DNA of 64,000 nucleotides from Octopus vulgaris (Eukaryota): contig OX597814.1 of NCBI GenBank assembly GCA_951406725.2, forward strand, positions 39,928,001-39,992,000, read 5' to 3'. Position numbers and translations under genes: made by a program. This document shows, in pieces, positions 27,035 through 40,899 of the stretch (position 1 is its first letter; each line of letters begins with the position of its first letter). The notes beneath the pieces are model-generated. The model was not told the DNA's origin, ran no database searches, and was given only the letters and a program-made list of their open reading frames with translations.

Positions 27035-27830
27035 AGTCCAAAAGTCCAGCAACTATATTGGACGTTTTTTTGCAATTCCTATGGTGGAATGTACGTGTAG
27101 TATTTGAATCAGGTTTCTCCTTTCCGGTTTTGAAAAGACTAATTTCTCATGATTGGCATTTAGGCATTGTGTTGCATAAACCAGTGCCCCGATGATTACA
27201 TATATAAGCCTGAACTTGTAATCTGGATAGAGTAACTACAAATTTCTCAGTAATTCAGCGTTTTTTCTTATAGTTAGCTTTTTGCTAACATCCGTTGGGC
27301 AGCCGATTTCCACAACGGTACACGACTGAACACAAATTGTCATGTCAGATCTCACTTGTGTACACATTATTGAGGTTTTCAGTGGGACATTCCACCAGTA
27401 TACCTTTATAATTATTACTATTATAAGTAGCTATGGCTTCAATCATACCGTAGATTCATATTTCTTTGTCATCAGGTTCATCCTTCTGACGGATCTCGTT
27501 ATACAGTGTTCTAGCCACAGCATCAAGTCTCATCGGTAGATAATACCTTCATGACATTTTCGGACGACTCCTTATGATGTGGGTGATATCTTCAGTGTTG
27601 ACGCCACAAAGTCTGCATCTGGTGTTATATTTTGCTGATTTTTGTACATGTCTATGCCTTTTAGGTATCGGATATTTGGTTGGTATTTCCTGTTCCTTGA
27701 TTGCAAATGCACACCCTTCATAGTAGGAGGTAGTAGCCCTGTTGCTGGTCCATGATAGACTGCTTTAATGATCAATGTTTCTATTACCTCGAACTTTTCT
27801 GGTAAGATATTCATGTACCTTCTTCTACTG
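27035..27830 (-). mobile_element. R4/Dong-like LINE C-terminal remnant (zinc knuckle plus REL)
   Basis: CRLCGVNTEDITHII (CCHC-type), RYYLPMR-DAVA, CTVVEIGCPTDV, LLYPDYKFRL..IIGALV. Confidence 0.8.
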
Positions 27831-29157
27831 GTATGTATATGCATGTATGTATATATGTGTGTATGTTTGTGCGTGAATGTCTGTATGTGGGTGTGTCTGT
27901 GTGTCTGTGTACGTGTGTGTGTCTTTAAAATCAATCTGATAATAACATACGATGGATAATTATCAATTCATTACATCTGTTTCTTACGTATCTCTTTAAT
28001 AAAAGAATGAGAACATTACTTCATTACAAAAATAATATGTAATCATCAGAGAATACGTAAGTTAGCAAACGAAAGTATATCCCAGGGGTACTACATGGAT
28101 GCGGCTGCAGCCTGTGGAGGCTAACTATGAAATGAGAGAATGACCAACATGGCCGTTGGGGCTAGCAATATAGTTCATGAATGTTTGCAATGTGTCTAAG
28201 TTCAGCGACCCGGGCAAGAGAGGAATATCCTAGGCTGGTTCTTAGGTAGGCTGGATTGGAGTGTAGGTGATATTTTGTTATAGTAGGCTTAGAGCTATGG
28301 GAAGAAAGGAGAGGTCCTAATATAAATTAAGGATATAGAAATTAAGTATAAAGAAAGCAAAAATATGGATAAAGAAAAATAAAAGGATTCAAGCCAATTA
28401 GGCATAGGGTCGGGGATCAGCATTCGCTAGCTAAGGCTAAAGGATAAAGGAAAGGGGGTAGAGATTCATAGAAATTAGGGGTTCTCAGTGGATATTATTT
28501 GAAATTTGGGCTAGGGTACAAGGGCGTTCTAATAGTATGATCGAAGATTTATTGAATGATAAGATCGAACATTTGTAGTGTTATTATAGTAGAATACTAC
28601 TTATTATGAAAGAATATAAAGAAGGATGGAATTATATGATGAACTAAATTTAGTACGGAGTAAGTGGAAATAGCAGATCGGATACCTTAGAGTATCATCA
28701 CCTCTGTTCGAATCAGGTAAAGCAACTACAGACAGCAGTCGTAGGTAAGAGATTTGGATAGCTTGTTCTATCTCATATTTAAATAGCGCAGCACAAATGA
28801 CTGTATCTTCGTGTAAGGATTGCTTAATTAGGAGAATTGGGAAAAAAAGTACTGGCGAGGGAGTTCAGGCTGCTACTTCTAGGTTAGATGTCTTTGCTAT
28901 CGCTACTACATAATCCCTGGTGTTCCACTGACAGTATGGTTAGTTCTTTCAATAAAGCATACTGCGCGTTTAGAAAGTAATGGTAAAAGGAAACGAGAAA
29001 AGGACTCGGAAACAATAGATCGATAAACTATTGAGTCATCGACACAGGGAATAAATTAGATTGACCTTAGTTTCGGAGCTACTATAGAGGTTTAATTTTC
29101 TTAAAATATTTAAAACTGCAGATTGCTTTCTGTATACAGGTAAACAAAGATCTAATT

Positions 29158-29188
<31 letters not shown>

Positions 29189-29239
29189 GCGGCGCCCGTA
29201 CCCTCTTTGGCCTTGTATATAAGTACATATTCCTTTAAA

Positions 29240-30020
29240 TTTGGTACGACTCTATAACACTGTCTCTCTCTTCTACATTTCTCTGCCTTTCACACTTTGC
29301 ACTCTACTTTGTTCTGTCTCATTCTTTCTCTCTCTCTACTTCTCCTCTTCCTTTTCTCTTTTCTTGCCTCTGATTCTTTGGTCTGCTCCACCCCCACTCT
29401 CTCACATTTCTCTGTCTTTCTCACTTTGCACCTCACTGATTCTGTCGCCAAGCCAATCCTTGGCACGCTCTCTTTCTTCTCCCCTCTTTAATTGCTTCTT
29501 TCTCTCTCTTCTCCCCCCTTTTGTGCATTCTTCCGTCTTTTTCACTCTCTCTTTGATTCCTTTGCCCCCTTTTTTTTCTCTCTCTTCTCCTCTCACGTGA
29601 CCACTGGTCAACCAGCCTTTCGGCTTCTAACCAGCGCCAAGAGAACATCGTTGTCTGCCGAAAAAGGCATTTTTTTTCCAAATACGCCAGCTAAAAAAAG
29701 TTGTACTGTCTATAATCGTAGGACACCCGCTGTTTTTGTCCTGTTATTACTATTATTGTTTTTTGTATTTATATTCGTGTGGCATCGTCCGTTTTTCTGT
29801 CCTTGTTTCGGATACATTCGATCCATTTTCCAAGAAATCTAATGCTCGTAGCTTAGTTTTTCCTTGGGGCTGGCCAGATCGGAGCGATCTCAAGATTAAT
29901 CAGCCGAAATTGCGAGGATGGTCCGGTTCTTGACTGAAGATTGAAGGCTTCGAATGTCCCGTCCGTGTTCTTTGTATCGTCTTCTAAATGTTTTACGTTC
30001 TTGTCCCAGTTTGTATTTTC

Positions 30021-30025
<5 letters not shown>
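29240..30025 (+). mobile_element. Putative PLE-type terminal fragment
   Basis: CT-rich segment, TCACGTGACC motif, structured motif, ends at (TA)n; shares CTAATGCTC..TAGCTTAG and CGAATG.CCC blocks with 40900-41550. Confidence 0.5.
29873..29950 (+). ncRNA. Candidate permuted hammerhead ribozyme, second family
   Basis: gccagatc-g-GA-gcgaT-C-tcaaga-ttaatc-agcc-GAAA-ttgc-gag-GA-t-ggtccggt-tcttga-CTGAAGA-ttgaaggct. Stem II register ambiguous. Confidence 0.55.
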
Positions 30026-30086
<61 letters not shown>

Positions 30087-30263
30087 CTGTGTGTGTGAAT
30101 ATGTGTGCGTGTGCATGGGTGTGTGTCTGTGTATGTGCGTGCTTGTGTGAGTACATACACATACGCACACATACATATATGTGTATACATGTATGTGAAT
30201 ATATGTGTGTTTGTGTATGTATATATATATACATATTCATATATATATGTATCTCTCTCCCTT

Positions 30264-30320
<57 letters not shown>

Positions 30321-31699
30321 AAAGGGGGGGAGATGAAATAGAGATGGGCTACATACAGTCATTTATTCGAGGCTTACTTCTCTTACAAAAAGGCGATAGG
30401 GAAACATTTTATCTCAATCTTGAACCTATCCAAATGTATATCTGAGCGAACATGTGCAAGCCTCCAGTGTATAAATATATATATAAACCATCATATCTCT
30501 TTACTTTCTGTATTCCCAATAAAAAATAAAACATAAAATTCTAAATCGGTAACAGATTCATGGAGTTACAAATCAGTGAAAATAACATATCAAGCAAGAA
30601 TAATGATCCTATCAATGGAAATATTGATAATTCGAATCTGGATGAAAGGGAAGAAATAGCTAATAACGGAAGGGACTATGGCAATAAAACCCCAAAACAC
30701 GCACATAGAGTATCAGCCTCCCTAACAGCTAAGTTATTTAGAAAATATATTTTCTCCAAATAAAGGCAATGAAGATTTGGGATAGTATGAAATTGTAACA
30801 CAATATATATATATATATGTTTTTGACCGCCAGGCGGAGAATAACATGTTACATAGAAGTAGGAACATACTGAGTGAATATTACAATTTATTGTAGCTTT
30901 GAATAGAATGTTCCTAGTCTAACGGAAATCACTTCAAAGGTCGATTTTTTAGTGTATACACTGATTCGGGACACGAATATTTTCGGTAGAATCCCCAGTA
31001 ACTGGAACGGCATGTTTTTTTTTTATGTTAGAAAACACTTTGATAGACAGAGAAAGAAACACAAGAAACTGTGCATCATAAAGTTCTGGAACATGAATAA
31101 AAAATTTTATCCAGTTTCATTAACTTTTATAAAGGACTAGTCACACATCGCAGGTGTCGATCATGGAGCACACACATACGCAGCTACATATTATATTACA
31201 CGAATAAATGAATGTTCACACGCACACACATACACTCACACACACTCACACTCACATGCACACTGTATGTTACTTAAAGTAAAGAACTATTTTGATCATA
31301 CTTCTTCAAGCCACAAGTGAATATTTTCCATTTCAAAACAATGCCCTTTTAATCTTTCAACCATTTACTCTTTTGAATATTTACATATTGATATTTATAA
31401 ATATTTACTAAGCAAGGCGAAGTCTCTGCTTCTTTGATGTTATCAGAATAAATCTAATAAAAATTATACTACATTCTTCTGTACGTACCATAAGTATCAG
31501 ACACTACCAGTTATTAACTCATGATACCTTACTTTTGTTTTGATCATTTATTTCTCGTAAATTTTTTCTCATACCTTAAATAATTTAGCATTAATTTTGG
31601 TGTTTAACAATATTATCTAACATTCACCAAATATTCCCACACCACAATTACCTTACTTCATATCAAATCTCTTATTATATGAACTCATTCACTTCTTAA

Positions 31700-32110
31700 G
31701 AGGTGAGCTGGCTGACTCGTTTTCACGTCAGACAAAATGTTTGACTGAAATTCCTCTTTTAACGCTCTGAGCTCTATTTCCGCCGAGTTTGACTTTGCAT
31801 TTTTCGGGGTCGAGAAAACAAGAAAGAATTGAAATCTGGGTATCAATGTAATCGATTTAACTCTTCCACGAAATTGCTGTACTTGAACTTAAAATCAAAG
31901 GCGATGAGTTAGCAGAATCGATAGAATGCCGGACAAATTGTTTAGAGACATTTTTTGTCCGTCTTTACATTTTCAGTTCAAATTTCTTCGCGGTTGACTT
32001 TAACTTTGATCCTTCCAGGGTCGATAAAATAAGTATGAGTTGAGCATTGAGGTCGATGTAATCGACTTACCCCGTCCCTCGAAATAGTATTGAGCCAAAA
32101 TATGAAATCA
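31700..32110 (+). mobile_element. Two tandem degenerate tRNA-derived SINEs with a Deu/Nin-like domain
   Basis: Heads GGTGAGCTGGC (about 31702) and GGCGATGAGTTAGCAGAATCG (about 31900); GACTTT..CTTT.ATCCTTCCAGGGTCGATAAAATAAGTA block. Confidence 0.7.
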
Positions 32111-33246
32111 TTATTTGCTATTCAATTTTTATCAAATAACCTTCACTCCCAGATTTCGTTCTCTCGCTAACTTTAGTACCATCCACCATTAACTCAATAG
32201 CTTTGTCTTAATATTTTATCAATCATTTCTTACATTCAAATTTTTTTATCTTCTTAATCTATTTTCTTTTCTGGCTCCCTATTTATTATTCTCTTTTTCT
32301 TTACGTACTTTTCTAAGAATGTATTATTCTCACGATTTCACTCTTCAGTTTATCCTATTGATATAATACTGAATACGTGTCTTGCTTTTTCCATATTATT
32401 CTTTCTTTAGTTTCATCACTGCTTTCATCGTTCTATGTTTGATTACCAGATTTAGTTTGTTCATTGTTAAGATGTTTTCTGGTTTCATTCTTTATTTCTT
32501 TTCTTAAAACTCCCCCTCCCTTTTGTTTCCTTTTTATTACTGTTTTTCAGAACGCTATTTGATTCTCCCAATCTTGTATTAAGATTTTCTCTTTTCTTTT
32601 CTTAAACTCCTACCATTGAGTAAACCTTTTCTGCCGATATTCACGTTTGCTGCTGCGTTTGCTTAACATAACTTTGGCAATTGTCTTTTAGTCACTTTGG
32701 CAAAGCATTGAACATTTGTTCCACTTGTTACCACCCTATTAGAATTTAGTTAATTTTGTTTTATTATATTTCTATTATCTTATTATTTTATTTGAGTAAC
32801 AGTGTTTCAAAGCAGACCTATATTCGAATTTCAGTCACCATCTTAGCATACTTCTAGTTTCTTTAAAATCTACTTTCATTCTTATCATTACAGGAGAATA
32901 GATTCTATTCAACTGATTGCTTCAAAGAAAGAACTAAAACTACAATGAAGAAGAAAAAACAAATAAATTACATATAAAAAATGATTCATCGCCGCTACTC
33001 TTTCTTTCTTCACTTCCGTTTCCCCAGAATAAACGATGAACTATGAAAATAAGCAAGTAAGATTGTGTGCGATTAAAATATTTAGTTACAGGAGCGTGTC
33101 AAATTCACTGCGTCAATAAATCTCGGTTCTAATTCTATTATAAGCATCCCTTCTTGAAAATATTACTTTCTTGGTATGCGTATCATACAAGGAATGGCCT
33201 ATACAATGATTATGTTTAAAAGAGAGCACTTGATACACAAACAGTG

Positions 33247-33306
<60 letters not shown>

Positions 33307-33849
33307 TACATACACACACAAACACATACATATATCAGTTTGCATAAACTATTTAAAATTGTGTTATTTTTCTATCCGTTGTTTAGTTGGTAGGGAACTT
33401 GCACGAGTTTTTATCAGAACTCATTTATCACTTTTTGCACGGTGCAAAATCTGAAGAATTAAAAGTCCTGCCGATCATGTGTTCTGGATACAGGTGTCCA
33501 TGCTGGAAAGTCTAACAAAGGTCACTCTGACTAGAATTGCTGTTAAATATTATGGATCAGAAAGTGATTGACACCGAAGTGACAAATTCGTTGTGTCATT
33601 AAAGATTTAACGACAAAGGTCGTGTTTTCTTCACAGAGTGAAATTTCTGGAATATGCATAGTATAGACTGTTTTGTGCCATTCAATCTGATATGGCAGCA
33701 AAAATATCTGCTCCCAAATAAGTATAAAGAGTCGGAATCGAATGTAAGAGCAGATTTTGAGTCTTGAATAACAATCAGCTGGCGAACACACTCACGCGCG
33801 CACACGCAATTACACATACACACACATACACACAGCCACACACGTATAT

Positions 33850-34144
33850 TTTATCTTTCTCTTGATTCAGTCATTAGATTGCAGCCATGATGAGGCACTG
33901 TATTGAAGGGTATATAGTCAAATGTATCAAGCAAGGTACCTATTTTTTAAAACTTGGTAGTTATTCTATCGATCGCTTTTGCCAAACCGCTAATTTACAG
34001 GGACACAAAACACACCAACACTAGTTCTCAAGAAGTAGTGGGGGACCAACTCAGACACGAAGACACACACACACATAGAAATATACATAATACATACATA
34101 CATGCACACACATACAAACGCACATACACAATATATATATACAT

Positions 34145-34229
<85 letters not shown>

Positions 34230-34275
34230 TAGAGGACCTTCTTTTAGTTTAAGTCAACCAAATACACTCACAAGA
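33850..34275 (-). mobile_element. Degenerate CORE-like SINE with internal microsatellite
   Basis: Collinear with 41616-41920 (TATTCTATCG..CTTTTGCC.AACCGCTAA; CACTCACAAG). Confidence 0.65.
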
Positions 34276-35199
34276 TAGGCAGGAACTGAAAGAAATCCTC
34301 TTCATCTGACATCAACGTAGATGAGTAATGCTCCATAGAGTAATGAGGTGAAATAGGAATTCGTTTAGACATGCGTATGGACATTTTGATCCTTGTTTTG
34401 GCCACAGTGAGGATGTACAAAGTATGTCAAAATGTGGAGCTCATTATCTTTATTTATAAAGCTGCAGAGAAAATTTAGTACTAAAGACAGATATGATGTT
34501 CAAATATAGGGAAATTTATTTAGATAGCAATTGGAGAAAATCACTATTAATATTTCATACACTTGAAATGGTAATTCATATATACATACATGATATGTAT
34601 GTCATAATCGGTTGATACATTATTAATGTGATATATTTAAGCAGAAAGCGAATGATCGCTTGAAAGAAGAGTCATTAAATGAAAGGAAAAGGTATTCCAG
34701 TGAAATCTAATAAATGGTTTGTAAAATAAAGACGATATAGTCTCAAATGGTTGTTTTTTAAAGAAATGTGGGCATTTCAACGGTGATTTTCGTTGATTTT
34801 AATAACCTCAATAATTCCTGTCTCAAACTATACGTCAATGAAATCTAGGGGACAGATTAAGATTGTTAATATTTCTGATAGATATTGTCTCAGGAACTCA
34901 TAATAAGTCTGCATAAATACTGTTTAAAAATGTAATATAGCTTCAAATTTGATTAATTGCAATTACGCATATATTCATTGGTGAAAAATATCATCTCGAT
35001 ATGTAGAAGTATATACATATCTATTGGTATAAAGATAATTAAGTAAAGTTGATTAAGTTAATTGGAACGACAAAGTGCCTGCTTTTTATTGCAGTGGGTT
35101 TTGAAGTTTATTTTCCAATATTTTCACCTACATTTGTATATTTCTAGGAAAACTGGAAATATCAATTAAATTGTAAACTTTTCACAGTTAGCATTGTCA

Positions 35200-35600
35200 T
35201 CTTTCCTTAGTTGGAGAGTTAGTAAGCATTGATGCACCGGATTTGTGAAAGTCTGTTAAAGAAGGGGTACCAAAAGCATGTGACGAAATGTGTGGAAGGA
35301 CGAAGGGTAGGAGAGATCGATGAAATATGCGGTGGTGGAACAAGGAGGTGAGGGATGCGGTAGCGAGGAATAAGAAAGCGCACAAATCTTTATGTAATAG
35401 TAGGGCTGAGAAAATGAAAGCCAGGTATAGTAACATTAAGAATCGTGCAAAGATGGTGGTCGCGAGATCTATGAGGAAGGAGGCCGAGGAGAGGCTGAGT
35501 GGGCTGGATGAGAATCCAGATAGAGTGTCTAGGTTTATTAAATCAATGAAAAGTGATGGAAGAGATGTTGATGGAGGAAGATGCATGAAGGGGAGTGATA
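35200..35600 (+). mobile_element. RTE-clade LINE fragment (endonuclease-RT linker)
   Basis: KACDEMCGRTKGRR, RWWNKEVRDAVARNKKAHK, AKMVVARSMRKEAE, KSDGRDVDGGRCMKGSD. Confidence 0.75.
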
Positions 35601-35644
35601 TACAACTTCTTCCACTTATCTCAGTATTCCTTTTACAATGAAGA

Positions 35645-36251
35645 GGAGGAAAATGAATTAATTTAAAAAATACACATTTCACTCATCACTACCTTTCCAT
35701 CCCGTCCCTTCCCTCTATCTCACCCTCACTTCCCAACTCATCCTATCCCTCTCCACCCTTCCCACTTCAGCTAATCACGTGGAAGCGTTACAGACTGGAT
35801 AAATATTCGTTCAAGAAGTGAAAGAAAGTGCTAATAATGAAAGAATTAAAAATTGTTTTTCCAAAATTCTAACGACTTTTCTCAATATTCAATTTCTGTA
35901 CCCCACACCTAACACTACACACACACACATACGCACGCGCACACACACACACGCACGCACGCACATGCACACACACACACACACACATACACATTTGCTA
36001 TAACGCAAAAATGTCGTGAAACCCAATTCTCGCTTTTTAAGAAAACGAAAATAAAACTTCACCATTTCATAGCAAAACAGTTGAACTAAACTTTGAGAAT
36101 TTGTATCCAGTCTGGAATGCTTCCATGTGATTAGCTGAAGTCGAAGGGTGGAAAGGGATAGGGCGAGTTGGGAAGGGAGTGGAAATATACAGGATGGAAT
36201 AGTAGTAGTGAGTGAAATGTGTATTTTTAAACTAAGTTTGTTTTCCTTCAG
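35645..36251. mobile_element. Foldback/MITE with about 160-bp TIRs
   Basis: AAAAATACACATTTCACTCA...TTCCCAACTC..CCTATCCCT.TCCACCCTTC..ACTTCAGCTAATCAC.TGGAAGC..CAGACTGGATA at 35645-35808 is inverted at 36097-36251. Confidence 0.85.
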
Positions 36252-36787
36252 TACTTAGTCTGTCAGTAACACTTTCACGTGATCAGTTCAAGGGAATGAT
36301 GAAACGCGAAAAATAAAAAGGAGAGGGAAAAGAGGGTGAGGCGAAGAGTGAAAGAAAAACAGGGAAGGTGCTATGTATTAAGTCAATTAAATCGTGAATA
36401 AAGTATATAAATTGCATACATACATTAAATAATCATCGTACTCCAATTTCCCTCACATTCCAATGATTAGCAAATGAGTGACTATCTTTTGGTACGGAAG
36501 CTACGTCTTCGGGTATTATGGATAAATTTCCAAAATAGCCCAATAACTATACCATTAATTCTGTGAAATATTCATGGGTCTCGCTAGTATATATATATAT
36601 ATAATTGTAAAATACAAGCATCTACGCGCAAGAAATGAGTACGATTCAAACATTCCATATCATGTATAAGAAACAAGTTTCAGGAACTATAATAGTTTAT
36701 TGGCAAAAAAGTTTGCTGGTTCAACTAATATACAAGTTTGATATTCGCCAGAGCTGTAATTAAAAATGAGTGGTGAAGCCGGAGATT

Positions 36788-36864
<77 letters not shown>

Positions 36865-37177
36865 TTGAAATTTATAATAATTAATTTATAGATAATAGAA
36901 ATGCAGAAGACAAAGGTGTATAAAGAACAAGCAATAGTATTAGCTTGACGCACGGGAAAAAAAATGAAAAAAGGTTTTAACGTTTCGGGCCTACGCTCTG
37001 GAACAGAAAAGAATATGAGTAAATAGAGAGTGAATGAAACAAACTTGTAGAGGTAAGTGGCCCAACATGCCGATGATTGGAAAAAAGTGTTTGAAAGAAA
37101 GGCAGATAATAGGAGAGGTCTCCCTGTCCATGTATGTTTATCTATACGCCTCTATCTCTCTTTCTCTCTCTCTCTCA

Positions 37178-37227
<50 letters not shown>

Positions 37228-37386
37228 ATGTCCGTCAACACGCACACACACACATATGTATGCATGTATTATGTGTATATATGTATATATATACATATAT
37301 ATACATATACATATATATCTATATATATCTATATATATATACATATACATATATATACATACACACACATATACATACATACACAG

Positions 37387-37426
<40 letters not shown>

Positions 37427-38164
37427 TGGGAAGTGACGTCCAGTTAGTGGGCAAACACGGTATATTTTTGTTAATAATTTAGCTTAAAAAGTGCGATAAA
37501 ACATATATTGCCATGAAAGAAGCCATAAAAACATTGTGGACGAGATTTACGATTCCGCGAATAGGCAGTGGTTCCTATGAATAACGGAGATCGCGATTAA
37601 CCCTGACCGCGAATGCCGAACAGCGAATGAGCAGGGATACACTGAATAAAAACATAATTAAGAAAGAAATGTGTAGTAAATACACGTACGAACATATACT
37701 AAATAGAGAGACTAACAGAAAACACACGAGGTCACCAATGCCTCTTCGGTTGTCGGTCAGGTATAAAATCTCTGTTGTGAAGAAATAATATCTTTTTTTC
37801 GCAAAAAGAGTTACGACGCTTCGAATGAATTTTGTCAATGTTATGAGTTTTTTCCATTTGACAACCGTTATGTTTAGCTCAGATTAGCAGCAAATGGTGC
37901 GTAATTTTGCTTACAGTTGTTAGTTCAATGTCAATGTGAACATGGAATGCAAAAACGAACATTTTCGCCATATTTTGTTTTTCTTTTGAATTTGAATTAA
38001 GGCTAGAAAGATGCCGAGGCACATAAAAATATATGTGAAATTTATGGTGTGAATTGCTTAAGAGAAATACTTTAAAAAATTATATTCTCCTCGACCTACT
38101 GAAGTTTACGATGACCAAATCAAAGCCATAATTGAAACTGATTGTCATATAACTGTGCGAGAGA

Positions 38165-38353
38165 GGGGCGTATGTGTGGCTGTGTGTTAAGTAACTTGCT
38201 TACGAACCACATGTTTCCGGGTTCAGTTCCACTGCGTGGCACCTTGTGCAAGTGTCTTCTACTATAGCCTCGGGCCGATCAAGGCCTTGTGAGTGGATTT
38301 GGCAGACGGAAACTGAAAGAAGCCCGTGGTTTATATATATATATATGTATATA

Positions 38354-38415
<62 letters not shown>

Positions 38416-39227
38416 TGGTGCCTCAGCATGGCCACAGCTCATTAGCTGAAACTGTAAAAATAAAAAAAATAAAAAAATATATACGTATATATCTATGTAT
38501 ATATATATATATAAATATATATATATATATGCGGTTCATGCGGCCGCATGAAAACAAAGTTCATGCTGTCAGACAATGTACCAACAAGTCGAATGGTGAT
38601 CGGCAGTGATGAAATAGAGGAGGTGAGAGAATATGTCTACCTGGGACAGGAAGTAAATATCTGCCGGGATATCAAAAAGGAGATCTCACGGAGAGTAAGG
38701 GCCGGATGGAAGGCGTTCAATGGCATAAGGGATTTGCTCAAGGGAAGGTTGGACAGGACCACCCGCGCCAACCTCATTAACAGTGCAGTTCTGCCTGCAA
38801 TGTTATATGGTAGTGAAACATAGGCTACCACAAAGAGAGAAGAGCAAAGACTGGTAACGGCTCAAAGAGCCATGGAAAGATCAATGCTTGGTATCTCGTT
38901 GAGAGAGCACATAAGTAGCAAGATCATCAGAAAGAAGTCCGGCGTGAGAGATGTCATAGCAAAGTTTACATGCAGCAAGTATAGATGGGCTGGACACGTC
39001 TCCCGGCTCACCGATAATCGGTGGACGCACGCAGATGACGAGTGGTACCCGCGTGAGCGGAAAAGACCTACCGGAAGACCCCCACAACGGTGGAGTTACG
39101 ATTTCAGGAGGACGATTGGGATCACGTGGATGGGAAATGCGCGATCCAGAGAGGAGTGGACAGCGTGCTGTGACCAGCGGTGTCAAATGGACGCCTGACG
39201 GACTGGTCGGTCAAGGTGATGAAGGTG

Positions 39228-39269
<42 letters not shown>

Positions 39270-39502
39270 ACGTGTGTGTATATCATTGTGTCTGTGTGTG
39301 TCCCCCCAACTTCACTTGACGACCGATGTTGGCGGGCTTACGTCCCCGTAAATTAACGATTGGGTAAAAGAGACCGATAGAATAAGTACTACGCTTATAT
39401 AGTTTAAGTCATGTGATCGATTTAGTTGATTAAAGGCAGTGTTCCAGCATGGCCATCGTCAAATGACTGAAACAAGTAAAAGAGTAAAGAGAATGAGTAA
39501 AA
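38165..39502 (+). mobile_element. CORE-like tRNA SINE inserted in the mariner (GAGAGA target duplication), itself interrupted
   Basis: Head 38165-38330, tail about 39285-39502; GAGAGA at 38159-38164 and 39503-39508. Confidence 0.88.
38531..39229 (+). mobile_element. 5'-truncated RTE-clade LINE 3' end
   Basis: KTKFM, EEVREYVYLGQ, EISRRVRAGWKAF, VLPAMLYGSET*, QRAMERSMLGISL, RWAGHVSR, WYPRERKRPTGRPPQRW. One stop, no frameshift; (AAGGTGATG)2 tail. Confidence 0.95.
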
Positions 39503-40899
39503 GAGAGATTGGAGAGTGGTTCAATGTATCACACATAACAATTGAAAATCATTTAAAATGTCTTAGACTCGTTAAGAAGCTCAATATTTTGGTTCTACAT
39601 AAATTGAAAGTGATTCACTTAACACGACGAATCAATATTTGCAATATGCATCTTAAACGCCATAACATGAAACTTTTTTTGAAATGAATCGTCATTGGTG
39701 AGGAAAAATAGATTGTCTACACTAGCATTAATCAAAAATGATCATGTTCCAAGCGTAATGAACCAGCACAAACCACATAGAAGCTGAATTGTATCAAACA
39801 AGGTCATGCTATCAATTTGGTGGAATTGCAAAGGTATTGTAAGGAACAAAATGACCGATTCAGATGTTTACTAAGAACGCCTCTTGAACCTGGAGAAAAT
39901 AATCAACCAAAAAATGCGAGGATTGACAAATCGTAAACGAATCGTGTTCAACCATGACAATGCTAGACCACATACGTCTTTGTTAACTGGTGAAAAATTA
40001 TTGGAGCTTGGTTGGGAATCAATGTCACATCCACTGTAATGCCATGATGTTGCACTATCAGATCACCATTTATTTCGATGTTTACAAAATTATTTGAATG
40101 GTATATCCTTCAGTAATGATGATAACTTGATATCGCACTTGCTTCAGGTTTTGATGATAATGATCAGAAGTTCTATATACGCGGAATCGGGAAGTTGCCA
40201 GAAAGATGACAAAAGTTCTTTCAACAAAATGGAAAATATATAATTGATTAAATTTCATTCTTTGTATGAAAGCAATTGACTTTTACTTCACACAAAAAAA
40301 AAAAACGAAATTACTTTCCCGTGATGGGAAGATCAACAGAAAAGTACTCCATCAAGTGAGATATGAATATAATTTACTGAACAGAATACATGTATTTATG
40401 TGCTAGTATTCGTTTCATGGGCTAGCATTCCAAAAAGTGTTTTATGTCACGTTTCACATCTCGGCTGAGTCACCAGGCACAACCCGCATGGCATAACGGA
40501 CTAAAACTGAAAGGAAAACAAAAAACGAGAAAAGGTGAGAAGGAAAAATAATCAGAACGAAATAACACATACACACACATGCGCACACACACACACACTC
40601 ACACAAACACACACACACACACACCCATATATCTGTTTAATATTTATAACAAAGTGCAAAGAAGAAATTGAAGATATATATATAAATGCATACATTCATC
40701 TCTCTCTCTCTTTCATCTTCTCTGTCTCCCCCCTCTCTCTCTATATATATATATATATAAATATATTTTTATATATATATATATGTATATATAATATCTT
40801 TATATATACACACACACACACACGCATATATATATATGTATGTATGTATGTATATATATATATATATATATATACATACATACATACATATATATATAT

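Larger units (their letters stand above)
37942..40320 (+). mobile_element. Degenerate mariner interrupted by nested insertions
   Basis: MECKNEHFRHILF, IIETDCHITVRE|I..FNVSHITIENHLK, IVIGEEK, KVMLSIWWNCKG, IVFNHDNARPHTS, LELGWE..SHP, ALSDHHLFR. Terminus-like AAACGAAATTACTTTCCCG at about 40303-40321. Confidence 0.88.

Noticed and set aside
33460-33790. Possible enhancer with Sox, homeobox and E-box-like words
   Set aside because: Short motifs are expected by chance; no conservation data available.
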